Translations under genes and position numbers: made by a program
Part shown: positions 1 through 9,483 of the stretch, one piece after another
Layout of the letters: every line of letters starts with the position of its first letter
How positions within the stretch are numbered: the first letter of the stretch is position 1
NCBI GenBank assembly: GCA_013265495.1
Contig: MU061230.1
Coordinates: 248,001 to 312,000, forward strand
Length of the DNA stretch: 64,000 nt
Direction of reading: 5' to 3'
Origin: Vicugna vicugna
Lineage: Eukaryota
Notes under the pieces: model-generated
The model's input: only the letters and a program-made list of their open reading frames with translations
Told to the model about the DNA's origin: nothing
Database searches by the model: none

Positions 1-427
1 CCACTTGTCTCATAAAAATACTTGATGGAAATGTATGTTCTTTAAAAACTTTTCCACTTCACCTTTTCCTGCCAACAAATGACCAATGGCTACACAAAAT
101 GCATCATTAAAAAGCGGTAACATTAGATTTCAGTTTGAAGTAGCTGACTTATTTAAATTCAAAAGTTTATAGGAAGGAAAAAAATACGAAAAAAAATTTC
201 TGCAAATGATTATTGACTTCTCTGCCTCTTAGAGAAATTATGAAAGGATGTTAATGTACTTGGCAGTCTTCAAGAAAATATGTGTGCACTGGGCACGGAA
301 TATTCACTTACCTACTATCCTGGTGAGTAAAGTATATCTAGGACGTTTTAAATAATCCAAGGACAAGGGAAACTCAGAACTCTGTCAAGGTGTGAAGACA
401 GGTGGTTGAAGTGAAGGCAGAGGTGTC

Positions 428-523
428 TTAAGCTCTAATGGTGATTCCAAAACTATCAGGCTTGAAAATGATGTAATCAAGTCCTTTAAAGCTATAGACA
501 CGAATTTCTTCTGTGATAATCAT
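428..523 (-). CDS. Candidate overlapping uORF2, 31 aa (MIITEEIRVYSFKGLDYIIFKPDSFGITIRA*)
   Basis: ATG at 523-521 in the +1 frame relative to uORF1; TAA at 430-428. Weak Kozak context; translation unproven. Confidence 0.35.
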   Translation of the reverse strand: MIITEEIRVYSFKGLDYIIFKPDSFGITIRA

Positions 524-533
524 GCATCATAAT
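492..533 (-). CDS. uORF1, second segment (IMMHDYHRRNSCL*), in IVNS1ABP exon 2
   Basis: ATT ATG ATG CAT GAT TAT CAC AGA AGA AAT TCG TGT CTA TAG, read directly; completes a 24-aa spliced uORF. Confidence 0.7.
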   Translation of the reverse strand: MMMHDYHRRNSCL

Positions 534-979
534 CTGTAACAATGACAAATTTTAGACATTCAGAATAATCAAAGACTGTCACTAATCTAGGTAGATCAGA
601 TTATGCCAAGTCCTGATCTTGAAAACACGGAAGTCAATGGCACAATACAGAAAATAACACGAAAGCAATTAGACATAAACATTTTTATTCAACCTGCAAC
701 TACTCAGATGATTAAAAAAAAAAATCCTTCCCGGGAAAGCAGGAGCTAGTAACTTTTAATTAAATGAGATATTCAAGCACAGAATTAGAGAACAAATATA
801 AATACTGGTTAACTCTAATATGCTTTACTATTAGATTCCGAATAGTATACAAACATGTGATCTGTCTGTTTTACCAGCCAGCAAACCACCTTTGGGCATT
901 ATTCCCAGACACGTATACAATGTTACAGCAAACCAGAAATATTGTTTCCCAAAATGTACTCTGCACTTCCCAGCTTCTG

Positions 980-1305
980 TGCCTGTGTTCAAGTTGTTTT
1001 CTTTCCTTGGAATACCCTTAACCCAGCCTCTGCCAGATGAGATCTTACCTCCATAGAGCCCCTGCCAAATCCCCTCAACTGAGAAGTAGCTTCTTCCTGC
1101 CCTCCACACACTGAACCCTCTCTGAAAGTGTGTGTGTATGATCTTCCAGCTGGTCTGTTCTGGGCTGTGTACCTGCTTAGCTTCCTTGATTCAAGGTCCC
1201 TTGAAGGCAGAGCCTCTGTCTTTTTTATCTCTGTATCCTTCCCATCTATCAAAACAACTAGCCTAGAAACCTGAATATAAAGATGAGTAATTTGTTGAAA
1301 TGAAC
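980..1305 (+). mobile_element. L2 LINE 3' fragment
   Basis: Degenerate L2 3' end (...cttgaaggcagagcctctgtcttttttatctctgtatcc...ttgttgaaatgaact). Confidence 0.55.
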
Positions 1306-2234
1306 TAAAAAAAAAAAAAAAAGGAAAATACTAATGCCTGTGCTTTGTATGATCATTTTTCTCATATAGAGTTACTACCACTTTGGTTCAAATCCAGTCT
1401 TCAAGGTAATCACATTTAATCCTCCAAACTACTCTTTCCTCCCTCATTTTCACATGTCATCAACTCTAAGTGTCAAAGTCAGATGGTTCTTGTTTTTTAA
1501 TCACCTGAACTAGTATTGCACCACTAATTTAGCAAACCAGAACTAAGTAATAATTTGAAAGATGTGCATTCTTTTTAAAATGGACATCTTAAAATTACCT
1601 GGATTTTCCTTATACATAAATTAAACTCACAATTTTAAATCTAACACTTATGTTAACATGAATAATCCCTTAACCCAGGACCCACTGAAAGCCAGTCCAG
1701 TTCTATTTTAACAAACTATTGTATTAAGTTTAACACACGCACAATCTGTAAGACAGCGGTATCCCATGCCTTTATTGGTTTCTCCATAGCTTAGGTTTTA
1801 TTTCAAGGAAACCTGAGTATTCTGACTCAGGTTGGGATTGTTGTCAATGCTTACTCCTGCAATGAAACTATATCATACCATTATATAACTCTGATTTCTT
1901 CTGTTCTACCCTTACATCTAGATTAGTTAATTCAGCTTTTCTTAATATACCAGTTCTAACAAAACAAATGTTTTCCAAGTAACACAATTCTATGTACAGA
2001 GAGAACACACTATCCTAAAACCTGCAAACATCTTCAGCCAAGATCTAGCTCAAGTTAGGAAAATCTATGCAAGGGTGAAAGGAGGAGAACCCTTTATGGA
2101 AATACTGTTGGATGTGATTAAAACATGCCCTTTGGAAAACCAAAAACATACGGAGATTAAACTTTCACCAGTTTTATTCAGCATTTATTTGTAAACTAGT
2201 CTTAATCTAACCAAGAATAATGCATCTGTTTATA

Positions 2235-2621
2235 CAGGCAGACCATGTTTTATTGTGCTTCGCAGATACTGCATGTTCTTGTTTGTTTGTTTTTAACAAA
2301 TTGAAGGTTTGTGGCAACCCTGTGTTGTCAGATGATGGTCAGCACTTTTTAGCAACAAAATACTTTAAAATTAAGGTATGTATTTTTTTTTGATTCTTAT
2401 TTTTAACTGAAGTAGAATTAGTTTGTAATATTGGTTTCAGGTACACAGCAAAGTGATTCAGTTATGTATGTATGTTGTTTTTAGAGATGTAATGTTTTGG
2501 ATACCTGGTAGACTACAGTATAGTGTAAACATTAACTTCTATATGTACTGAGAAAATTCATGTGACTTGCTTTATTGCAGTGGCCTGGAACCAAAACCAC
2601 AGTATCACCGAAGCATGCTTT
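2235..2621 (+). mobile_element. Tigger1-derived MITE (TcMar-Tigger), interrupted by an L1 fragment
   Basis: TA|CAGGCAGACC... left end and ...GAAGCATGCTTT|TA right end; internal matches to both Tigger1 termini (acaaattgaaggtttgtggcaaccctg; gactacagtatagtgtaaaca). Confidence 0.8.
2383..2470 (-). mobile_element. Short L1 3'-end fragment nested in the Tigger1 MITE
   Basis: T-tract followed by actgaagtagaattagtttg...ggtttcaggtacacagcaaagtgattcagtta, the antisense L1 3' terminus. Confidence 0.7.
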
Positions 2622-3794
2622 TATTGATAAAATGAAAGTTCTATCTTAACTTTATTTGGGGAAAAAGGTAACAGCCACCCCCCACCCCCCGCTGATGGTT
2701 AAAATCACTTTAGTTCTTTGAAAGAAAATACTGGAGAATCTTTGGAGCAACTCTTAAAGGCATACAAATTTGTACAATATTATTAGTTTTACAACAGAGT
2801 GAGTTCTACTACATAAGTATCGGATGATTTTCTAGTACAGCAAGGTCTTAGTATAAACCTCCTCTAAAGAGGTTAATGTCTCCCGATCAGTACAGTCTCA
2901 CTTGATTTTAAAAGCGAGCCCAAGCCCACTTGACATTGAAGTTAATTCAGTTAACTTACTTTATTAATTACTGTCCTCATATACCGTATGTCCCTACTCT
3001 CATCCACCCCCAAGCTGGAGGAGATCACATCAACTTCTGCCTGCAAAACCATGTCTTTCAAAGTTCACATTCACTCTCACTAAAGTTAGCATGGGCAAAG
3101 TGAGAGTTTTAAACCATTCCGAACGTTCGGAGATGTCTGGCCCGTGAAACTCAAGTTCAATAACTGGTGGAATAAAAATGTGGAGAATTTTTTTTTATCT
3201 TTTGAAAAGCCAAATCAAAAGCCGCAACATCCCACGGTTTTATAGAAGTATAAAATGTAGATTTTATTTGATATTTTAAATACACATTCAACCTACCCAC
3301 TTTTAAAATTAAAACTGAGGTCAAATGCAATATACTCTTGTAAAAATACTTACTATGGCCAGTGCAAAAGGGAAATAGAAAACTCATGAGTAATTAAACT
3401 GCTTTAGTAAAACCCAGAAGTCCCCATGTTACCAGCACAGCCCCACAAAAGATGAGCTGAACTGAAACACAATTCAACAAGTCTTATCAGAGAGCTATAA
3501 AAAAGGTAGGCACAATATGACCTTCGAGTAGATTCTTCTCGAGCCTTGAGTAAGAGCAAGATAAAACATTATCATCAAACTTCCAAAGCATCCTTAAAAC
3601 CTCAAGGCAAATTACAAGTATTATTTAAGCTTCAAGGTAATCTTTTGAGAGTAGCCAACTCACACAAAATAGCAATTAACTCCCATTTTTAAAGGACATA
3701 CTTTATAATAATACAAAGTCAATCTGTTTAAAACCAGAAGGTATAAATTCCCAATATCTGAAACCATCCATCTGTATCAAAACTCACCAAACTC

Positions 3795-4500
3795 AGTCAT
3801 TCGCTTCATGCTTTTTAACCTCATTGTTCTGTAATTCTTTCATCCCACAAACATTTATGGCTCCAAACATATGGCAGGCACAATTTGTAACGGGATGCTC
3901 ATAACACAATGGAGTTAACTCCATTCCCCAGCTTTGAACACTCCACAGATCAATCAGAAAGACAGATGAACCAAGCCAAGTGGTGACAATATTCCAGCAA
4001 AAGGGAGAAAGGTATGAAGGCCCACATATTCCAGAAACTGCAGCTCTTTCAGTTTCAGTGGATTGTAGTTTGCAAGATGCACATGGTAAACAGTAGGAGA
4101 GGCAGTAAAAGAGATCAGTACTGAGGTTTAAACAATGTTGGAGAGCAGAATAGGATTTTAGCACGAGGCACAGGACACTAGCAGAAATGTGGGGGACCAT
4201 CTGAATGACTGAGTAAAATATGGATGCCAGGAAATTAACGAAAGATATTATACACTCTTGATTACCCTAAAGCAGTAAGGATATTTTAGCGTGAATATAT
4301 GGTGCCATTATCAAAATGAATATCAAAATTAGAATTCCCCAAAGCGTGACAGAGTCATTTTTAGTTTGCTGCATGCTGAAAATTAAGAAGGAAAAGAGGA
4401 ATCTGCTTTGGGAACATTACAAGGCTGAGGTACCTGTTGGGCATTCAGGTTGATACCAAAAGTGTAGGGATACCGAGCTAGGTACAGGTTTAGAAAATCA
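3795..4500 (-). mobile_element. Degenerate L2 fragments
   Basis: cattcgcttcatgc...caaacatttatggctcc...ggcaggcac resembles an antisense L2 3' end; further L2-like text near 4390-4500. Confidence 0.45.
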
Positions 4501-6484
4501 TTTATAAGGTGATAACTGAAGTTTACAAATGAACTTAAGCGTGTATTTTCAGTGGTTCTAACAAAAATTCAGAAATAACTTCCTTATTTGCCAGTTCCTC
4601 CATTTACACCCTCTCATGCTGCAGGGTACGAGGATCCACAACCTTCTTGCAGATTTGACTATACAATCATACTGCTGAAAAGTCAATGAAATGACTTTTA
4701 GGGGTACCCCTTCTTAATATCAATGATTAAGACAATTCCCCAACAGCAAAACATTTTACATTAAAAAAAAATTACTTGCAAGACATTCAATTGCCACCTA
4801 ACTATTCTTCAAGCAAGAAAAACCAAACCCTACTCCAAAGTAAGTAACCAAAAAGACTACTTTAAAATTAAAACCAAAACCTGGAATGCTTTGTTTTGAG
4901 GGATTCCCCCCAAAAGTTAGAAAAACACAACTACAAATTAACATAAATTGAGAAATTACTATTTATTAATCATCAAGGGATATCATCTTTTAGGAAAATA
5001 CAAAGGAAAAACCATTCTGTATCTCTTTTAGGTCAGTGGCTCCAGTCCAGTTTTAACTCCAGCTACCAAATTATAGATATTTGACAAGTACCCTGCCAGG
5101 TGGCATTATACTATTACACTATTCTCAATCCAATTTTAAATAGTTAGTGTATGCCTCCTCTCCAGATATGCAAATAACAACTGCTCCTTCAGCATCTTTC
5201 AGACAGAAGTTTCAGCAGGATTACGCCTAGAGCTATTGGTCAGTATTTCGTCATCCTTAAACCAACCTCCAGTACTAGAATTATTAAAAGAAAATGCGGT
5301 CGCTGGTAGTTTAGTCCATGCTGTACTTGTGGACCTGTTTATAGTAGTACTAAGCTTACAGAGTTGTGATTCACTCACTACTGGACAGAAGATCACACAC
5401 AAGTCCTCAAAGAACAGCTTAATGCTTGGGTGTTCTAATCCTCCATCACTGACAACAGACGTTAGGAAACAAATATGAACCCTTTGGCCATCTGATTTCT
5501 ACTTACTAGTTTTGAAGCGTCAGCGGTCTCAAACATGTACTGGGGAAAAAGTAAATCTATTTCTGAAGTGTTTGCGGTTCAAGTTTCCTTACGTTCACGT
5601 TCAACCGTCAATGATACTGCATGATACCCTCCTACCATCAAGAGCATATAACCTGAGTCCCTTTCCAAGATAAGCAGAGAGACGGAAAAAAAGCAAACCT
5701 CTCTGCCGATTTCTTGTGTAAAAAAGTGGCGAGCGCCCCAGAGTCCGTCTGGAGAGCCCTCAGCCCCGGGCCTTCATCCCCGCGCGGCCGGGCCGGCGCC
5801 CACTCTGAAGACTGGGAGGCAAGGCGCCCAGCGTCTGCACACCCCCGCCCGGGATTGGCCGGGGCCGCAGTCATTCAGCGCCGACACGTCAGGGCAGTCG
5901 CTCCCTCCCTCCTCCCGCCCCTTCTCCCCGCGCTTGGCAAGAAAAGCGGGCAACGTGGAGCGGGAACAAAGGACCCCGCGGCCCACGGCGATCAGGGGCG
6001 CGATGCCACCCTACCCTCTGCCCAGGGTACCGATGGTTCGATGGTTCCCCGCCCACACGCGCCGAGTCCTGAGAGGGCTCAACGATTAGAGTCCGGACCC
6101 CGGGCAGACCTCCTGACAGCAGGAACGGAGGCTCCCGCGCCCTCCTTCCGGGAGGACATCCCTGGCCCGCGGCGTCTTGGCCCAAGCCCCCGAGAACCCC
6201 TCCAGCAAAAACTTCTCGATGCTCCCTCCCCGCTTCCGCGGCCCCAGGGCTCTCCGAGGCGGCCCGCATCCGCCCTCGGCCACCAACGCGACCCGGCAGC
6301 CACAGCAGCGCCGGGAGCGCGGGCCCCGCGCGGCGCCGGCGGCGACTTGGGGCTTCCTCCCCCCGGGACCCAGACACCGCCCCGCGCCTCCCACCCCGTC
6401 CCCCGCCTCCCGCGCCATCCCCCAGCTGGGAGTCCCGCCGCGCCCTCTTCCTCCTCCACCGTCGGTGGAACCAGCGCGTATTAC

Positions 6485-6517
6485 CTGGTTCATCTCTGAA
6501 GAGATGGAAAAACTCAT
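6485..6517 (-). CDS. uORF1, first segment (MSFSISSEMNQ), in IVNS1ABP exon 1
   Basis: First ATG of the leader (6517-6515, G at -3); 11 codons ending in phase 0 at the donor. Confidence 0.7.
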
Positions 6518-6768
6518 CTCTGGAGCTTCAACGGGGAGCAGGAGGAAGCGGGCGGGAATCGGCCCAACGGAAAGCGCCTCGAGGCCGCGGAGGGGGTACG
6601 ACCGAGCAGAGGGGACGAGCGCACAGTCCGCGCAGGCTGCGAGGAGGGGAGCGCCACCGGGGGTTCGCGGGGACTCGCTCGCCGGCCCTGCCCTGCCGAA
6701 GCCGCAGGCGGAGGAACTGTGCCCAGCAGCTCCGAGCGACCGACCTCCACGCGCGTCCCGGAGACACT
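6485..6768 (-). other. IVNS1ABP: IVNS1ABP exon 1 (5'UTR); TSS approximate
   Basis: Donor CAG|gtaata at 6485/6484. 5' end placed at AGTGTCTCC (6768) by analogy to the recalled human mRNA start. Lies in the CpG island. Confidence 0.75.
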
Positions 6769-6802
6769 GCCGCCGCCGCCGCCCGCGCGCGCCGCACCCC
6801 CT

Positions 6803-6820
6803 CGCACGTCACCACGTGCG
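6803..6820. promoter_or_regulatory. Composite E-box/CRE-half/HRE-core palindrome CGCACGT-CACC-ACGTGCG
   Basis: 7-4-7 inverted repeat about 35-52 nt upstream of the inferred TSS. Confidence 0.55.
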
Positions 6821-8722
6821 CCGCCGCCGCCGCTGCCGGCGCCTCCCGGACGCTTCCTGCCCGACTGCGTCGGCGAATGACCTGCGCGCACCCACAAAAT
6901 CGCGCCCGTGGCCCCGCCCACCTCCGGCGCTCCGCCCTCCTCCGCCCTGTCCGCCTCTGCCCTGCGCCTCGCAACTAGGTCAATGCAAGGTGATCGCTGG
7001 GAGCAGGGCTGCCCCGGGCGCGCCTCCTCCTTATCGCCGCCGTCCCTCCTTGCCTCGCCCCGCACCCCCTCTTCGCCCTTTCCGACCGTCCCGGGACTGG
7101 TCCCTCCAGCTGCCCTCACCTGTCCTGCCATCCCCTGGGGGCACAATAGCCTGAGAGATCACACGCGGAAGATTAGATTTCTCGGCGTCAAACGTACACC
7201 CAGGCAGCCGCCCTAGACTGGAGCTGGCCGCAGCGGACTTAACGAGTCTGCAGCTGCCGGCCGGCCCTCACCTTTGCTGGGGCAAGGGGTGTGCAGGGTG
7301 TGAAGGGGGTTGTGGGGTGGAGGCGCGGTGATTGTGAGGAAGAACAGAGGCACGCTGACAGAAGGGCTGGGAGGATTCACTCACTTAGAGAAAACAGCCC
7401 GAGAGGTCGGAGGAGGCATAATGTTGTGTCAGTGCTGCTGCAAAAGCCTATTGAGTTCTACTTTTCGTCCCAGGATTTTGTTTTGTCCGAGTGCAGCTCC
7501 CCTCTCGGAGACACTGAGTCAGTTCTTTGCTGGTCTTGTCCTTTTGTGGAAAAAGAAAACAACCTTGAGACCAGATAGCCACCTTAATTACCCACTGCCC
7601 CCACCTTGTCCCAGGAACCCGCGCTCTGACGGCAGCTTCATGTGACTCTGAAGGGCACACTGGAAGGTTTCCTAGATTGAGGTGAGAGGATTTAGTGAGG
7701 TAGACTTGTTTAGAGTTTGGCAGAGGCTCCAGGTTAATGTCCTGTTGGCTTATCCCGACTTGGTGAGGGCACTTAAGCCGTCTGGGCCTAGCCTTGTTTG
7801 TGTTTGATCCCTTGGCTTAATTAGTAGACCTTTCTGGGAGCGCTTTATCACCGCTTCCTACCATTCTTTATCGTCACTATTTAGTCTGTGCTTATGGGAG
7901 CAGGAAAAACGTTCGGGCTTTTCATCCGCAGTAGAAGCTTTACAACTTTTTATTCTAAAATCTTGAGGCAAGGAGACTTGCAGTTTTCGGTTTTTGTTTG
8001 TTTTTCCAATTCAATTGTGGAAGGAAGCAGGAACTAAGGTATCTATTAGTACGACTCTGATGTATTTCTTAAGGTGAAAAAGACACGTTTGCCACTGGGC
8101 TCTTACTTTTGTCTGCTGAAAATAACTGACAGCAGTGTTCACTTTTATTGCAAAGGAAGCTATTAGAGTGCATACCTTGTACATTCTTTTGATGCCATAG
8201 GCTTCATCCTTCCAGGGAGAGTATGAACTGCCCACTTCAGGTAAGCACATGACTCTGTGGCCTGCTGGACACATGGTCCCAACTTGCTGTTCTCTAAATA
8301 GTACCTTTGTGACCTGAAACAGTCAACACTCTCTTAAAGCTACAGTGTGATCAGTTAGTGTATTTTTTACTTGTATGAGATTTCACATTTGCATATTACC
8401 TTCTCTATAGGTAATGGCATAGCATAAACATTCCGCTTGTCTTCCAGGCAACTCCAGATTTAAGCCTATCTATCTGTTACTGTATAATCCAGAAGAAAAT
8501 CTCACTCTTCATATTTTAATCAGACAAGATATATTTGGAGAGTGCTCAATAAAAATGAAAATTATCAGCTCCTGTTTTATGTCCAGCACTGAGAAAGATA
8601 AATTAGGAATTTATTTTAAAAGATAGGAATTAGGCACCAACCTGCAGTCTTTCCATTTCCCTCTCTGATCCTGCTTCAAATACTGTCCCAGTCCTAAACT
8701 CTGGTTTGTGTTTTATTCTTTA

Positions 8723-9123
8723 TGTGTTCGTCTGCTAGGGCTGCTGTACAAAGTACCAGAAACTGAGTGGCTTACACAACAGATATTTATTGTCTCACAG
8801 TTCCTCCTTTTCAAATATGAAATCAAGGTGTCTGTAGGGGATGATCTGTTCCAGGCCTTTCTCCTGGCTTCTGGTAGTTCCTTGGTTTGTGGCAACATAG
8901 ATACAATCTTTGCATGGCGTGTTCTCTGTGTGCCTGTCTCTGGGTCCAAAATTACCCTTTTTATGAGGACACCAATCATATTGGATTAGGGGCCCACCCT
9001 AACCCAGTATGATCTCATCTTAAGTAAATCTGCAATGACTCTTTCCAAATAAGTATATTTTGAGGTACTGAGGGTTAGGACTTAAACATGAATTTGGAAG
9101 GGGCCTTAATTCAACCCCTACCA
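8723..9123 (-). mobile_element. MaLR solo LTR (MLT1B/C-like)
   Basis: TG...CA termini, perfect 5-bp TSD CTTTA (8718-8722 / 9124-9128), typical MLT1 text. Confidence 0.85.
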
Positions 9124-9130
9124 CTTTAGT

Positions 9131-9483
9131 TCAGTGTTTCCAAAGTGTGGCACTGACCAATGACCTGGATGTTCTTATTAGCGATGCAGGTTCCTAGGCT
9201 TTACCCTAGGCAACTGAATCTCAAAGGAGAGTGATTTTTTTTTGCGCCCAGGGGACATTTGGCAATATCTGGAAACCGGACTGGGGGAGGGGTTCTGTTA
9301 GTATCTGGTAGGCCTGAAATGCTGCTAAACACCCTACAATGCACAGGACAGTCCCCCACAAGAAAAAAAATGATCCCACCCGAAATGTCAATAAGGTCAA
9401 GATTGAGAAACTGTACCCTAGAACTGCTAAATCAGAATCTCTGGGAAGAGAGGCCTGGAAATCTACATTTTGACAAGCATTCC
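9131..9483. mobile_element. MER5-type hAT MITE split by a MER20 insertion
   Basis: cagtgtttccaaagtgtgg... and ...aaatcagaatctctggg...acattttgacaagcattccc on either side of the MER20. Confidence 0.65.
9210..9413 (+). mobile_element. MER20 (hAT-Charlie MITE)
   Basis: caggggacatttggcaat...atgctgctaaacaccctacaatgcacaggacag...gagaaactg; 8-bp TSD TACCCTAG (9202-9209 / 9414-9421). Confidence 0.85.

Larger units (their letters stand above)
312..533 (-). other. IVNS1ABP: IVNS1ABP exon 2 (5'UTR, 222 nt)
   Basis: Acceptor tttgtcattgttacag|ATT (AG at 535-534); donor GTAG|gtaagt (GT at 311-310); sequence resembles the recalled human exon 2. Confidence 0.85.
1..6768 (-). other. IVNS1ABP: 5' part of IVNS1ABP (influenza NS1A-binding protein, BTB-Kelch): exon 1, intron 1, exon 2 and start of intron 2. 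Main CDS lies outside the window.
   Basis: The spliced minus-strand leader ...CTCTTCAGAGATGAACCAG|ATTATGATGCATGATTATCACAGAAGAAATTCGTGTCTATAGC... matches my recollection of the human IVNS1ABP 5'UTR. CpG island at the 5' end; canonical GT-AG intron of 5951 nt. Not confirmed by BLAST. Confidence 0.85.
5700..7290. promoter_or_regulatory. CpG island / promoter of IVNS1ABP
   Basis: Very high GC and dense CpG, (GCC)n runs, GC box CCCCGCCC (6912-6919), TGCGCGCA NRF1-like motif (6884-6891), E-box CACGTG (6813-6818). Confidence 0.9.

Noticed and set aside
63-89. 27-nt exon-like segment in intron 2 (tgtgtag|CCATTGG...GAAAAG|gtgaag)
   Set aside because: Weak donor, and it does not match my recollection of IVNS1ABP exon 3, which should carry the MIPNG start outside the window.
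3118-3131. 14-bp perfect palindrome TCCGAACGTTCGGA, HSE-like
   Set aside because: About four such palindromes are expected by chance in 64 kb. Only two correctly spaced nGAAn units are present, so it is not a canonical HSE.
5199-5478. Overlapping 67-aa (-) and 80-aa (+) ORFs in intron 1
   Set aside because: No ATG start in good context, no flanking splice signals that fit the frames, no recognised homology.
5593-5660. Another exon-like segment ending AAC|gtaagg in intron 1
   Set aside because: Acceptor ambiguous and purine-rich; only 53 nt from the 33-nt candidate; support too weak.
5638-7216. Long ORFs (up to 325 aa) on both strands in the CpG island
   Set aside because: Low-complexity Pro/Arg/Ala/Gly translations in several overlapping frames, as expected when GC-rich DNA lacks stop codons; no recognisable domain. 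Only the first 11 codons of the 6517 ORF are exonic.
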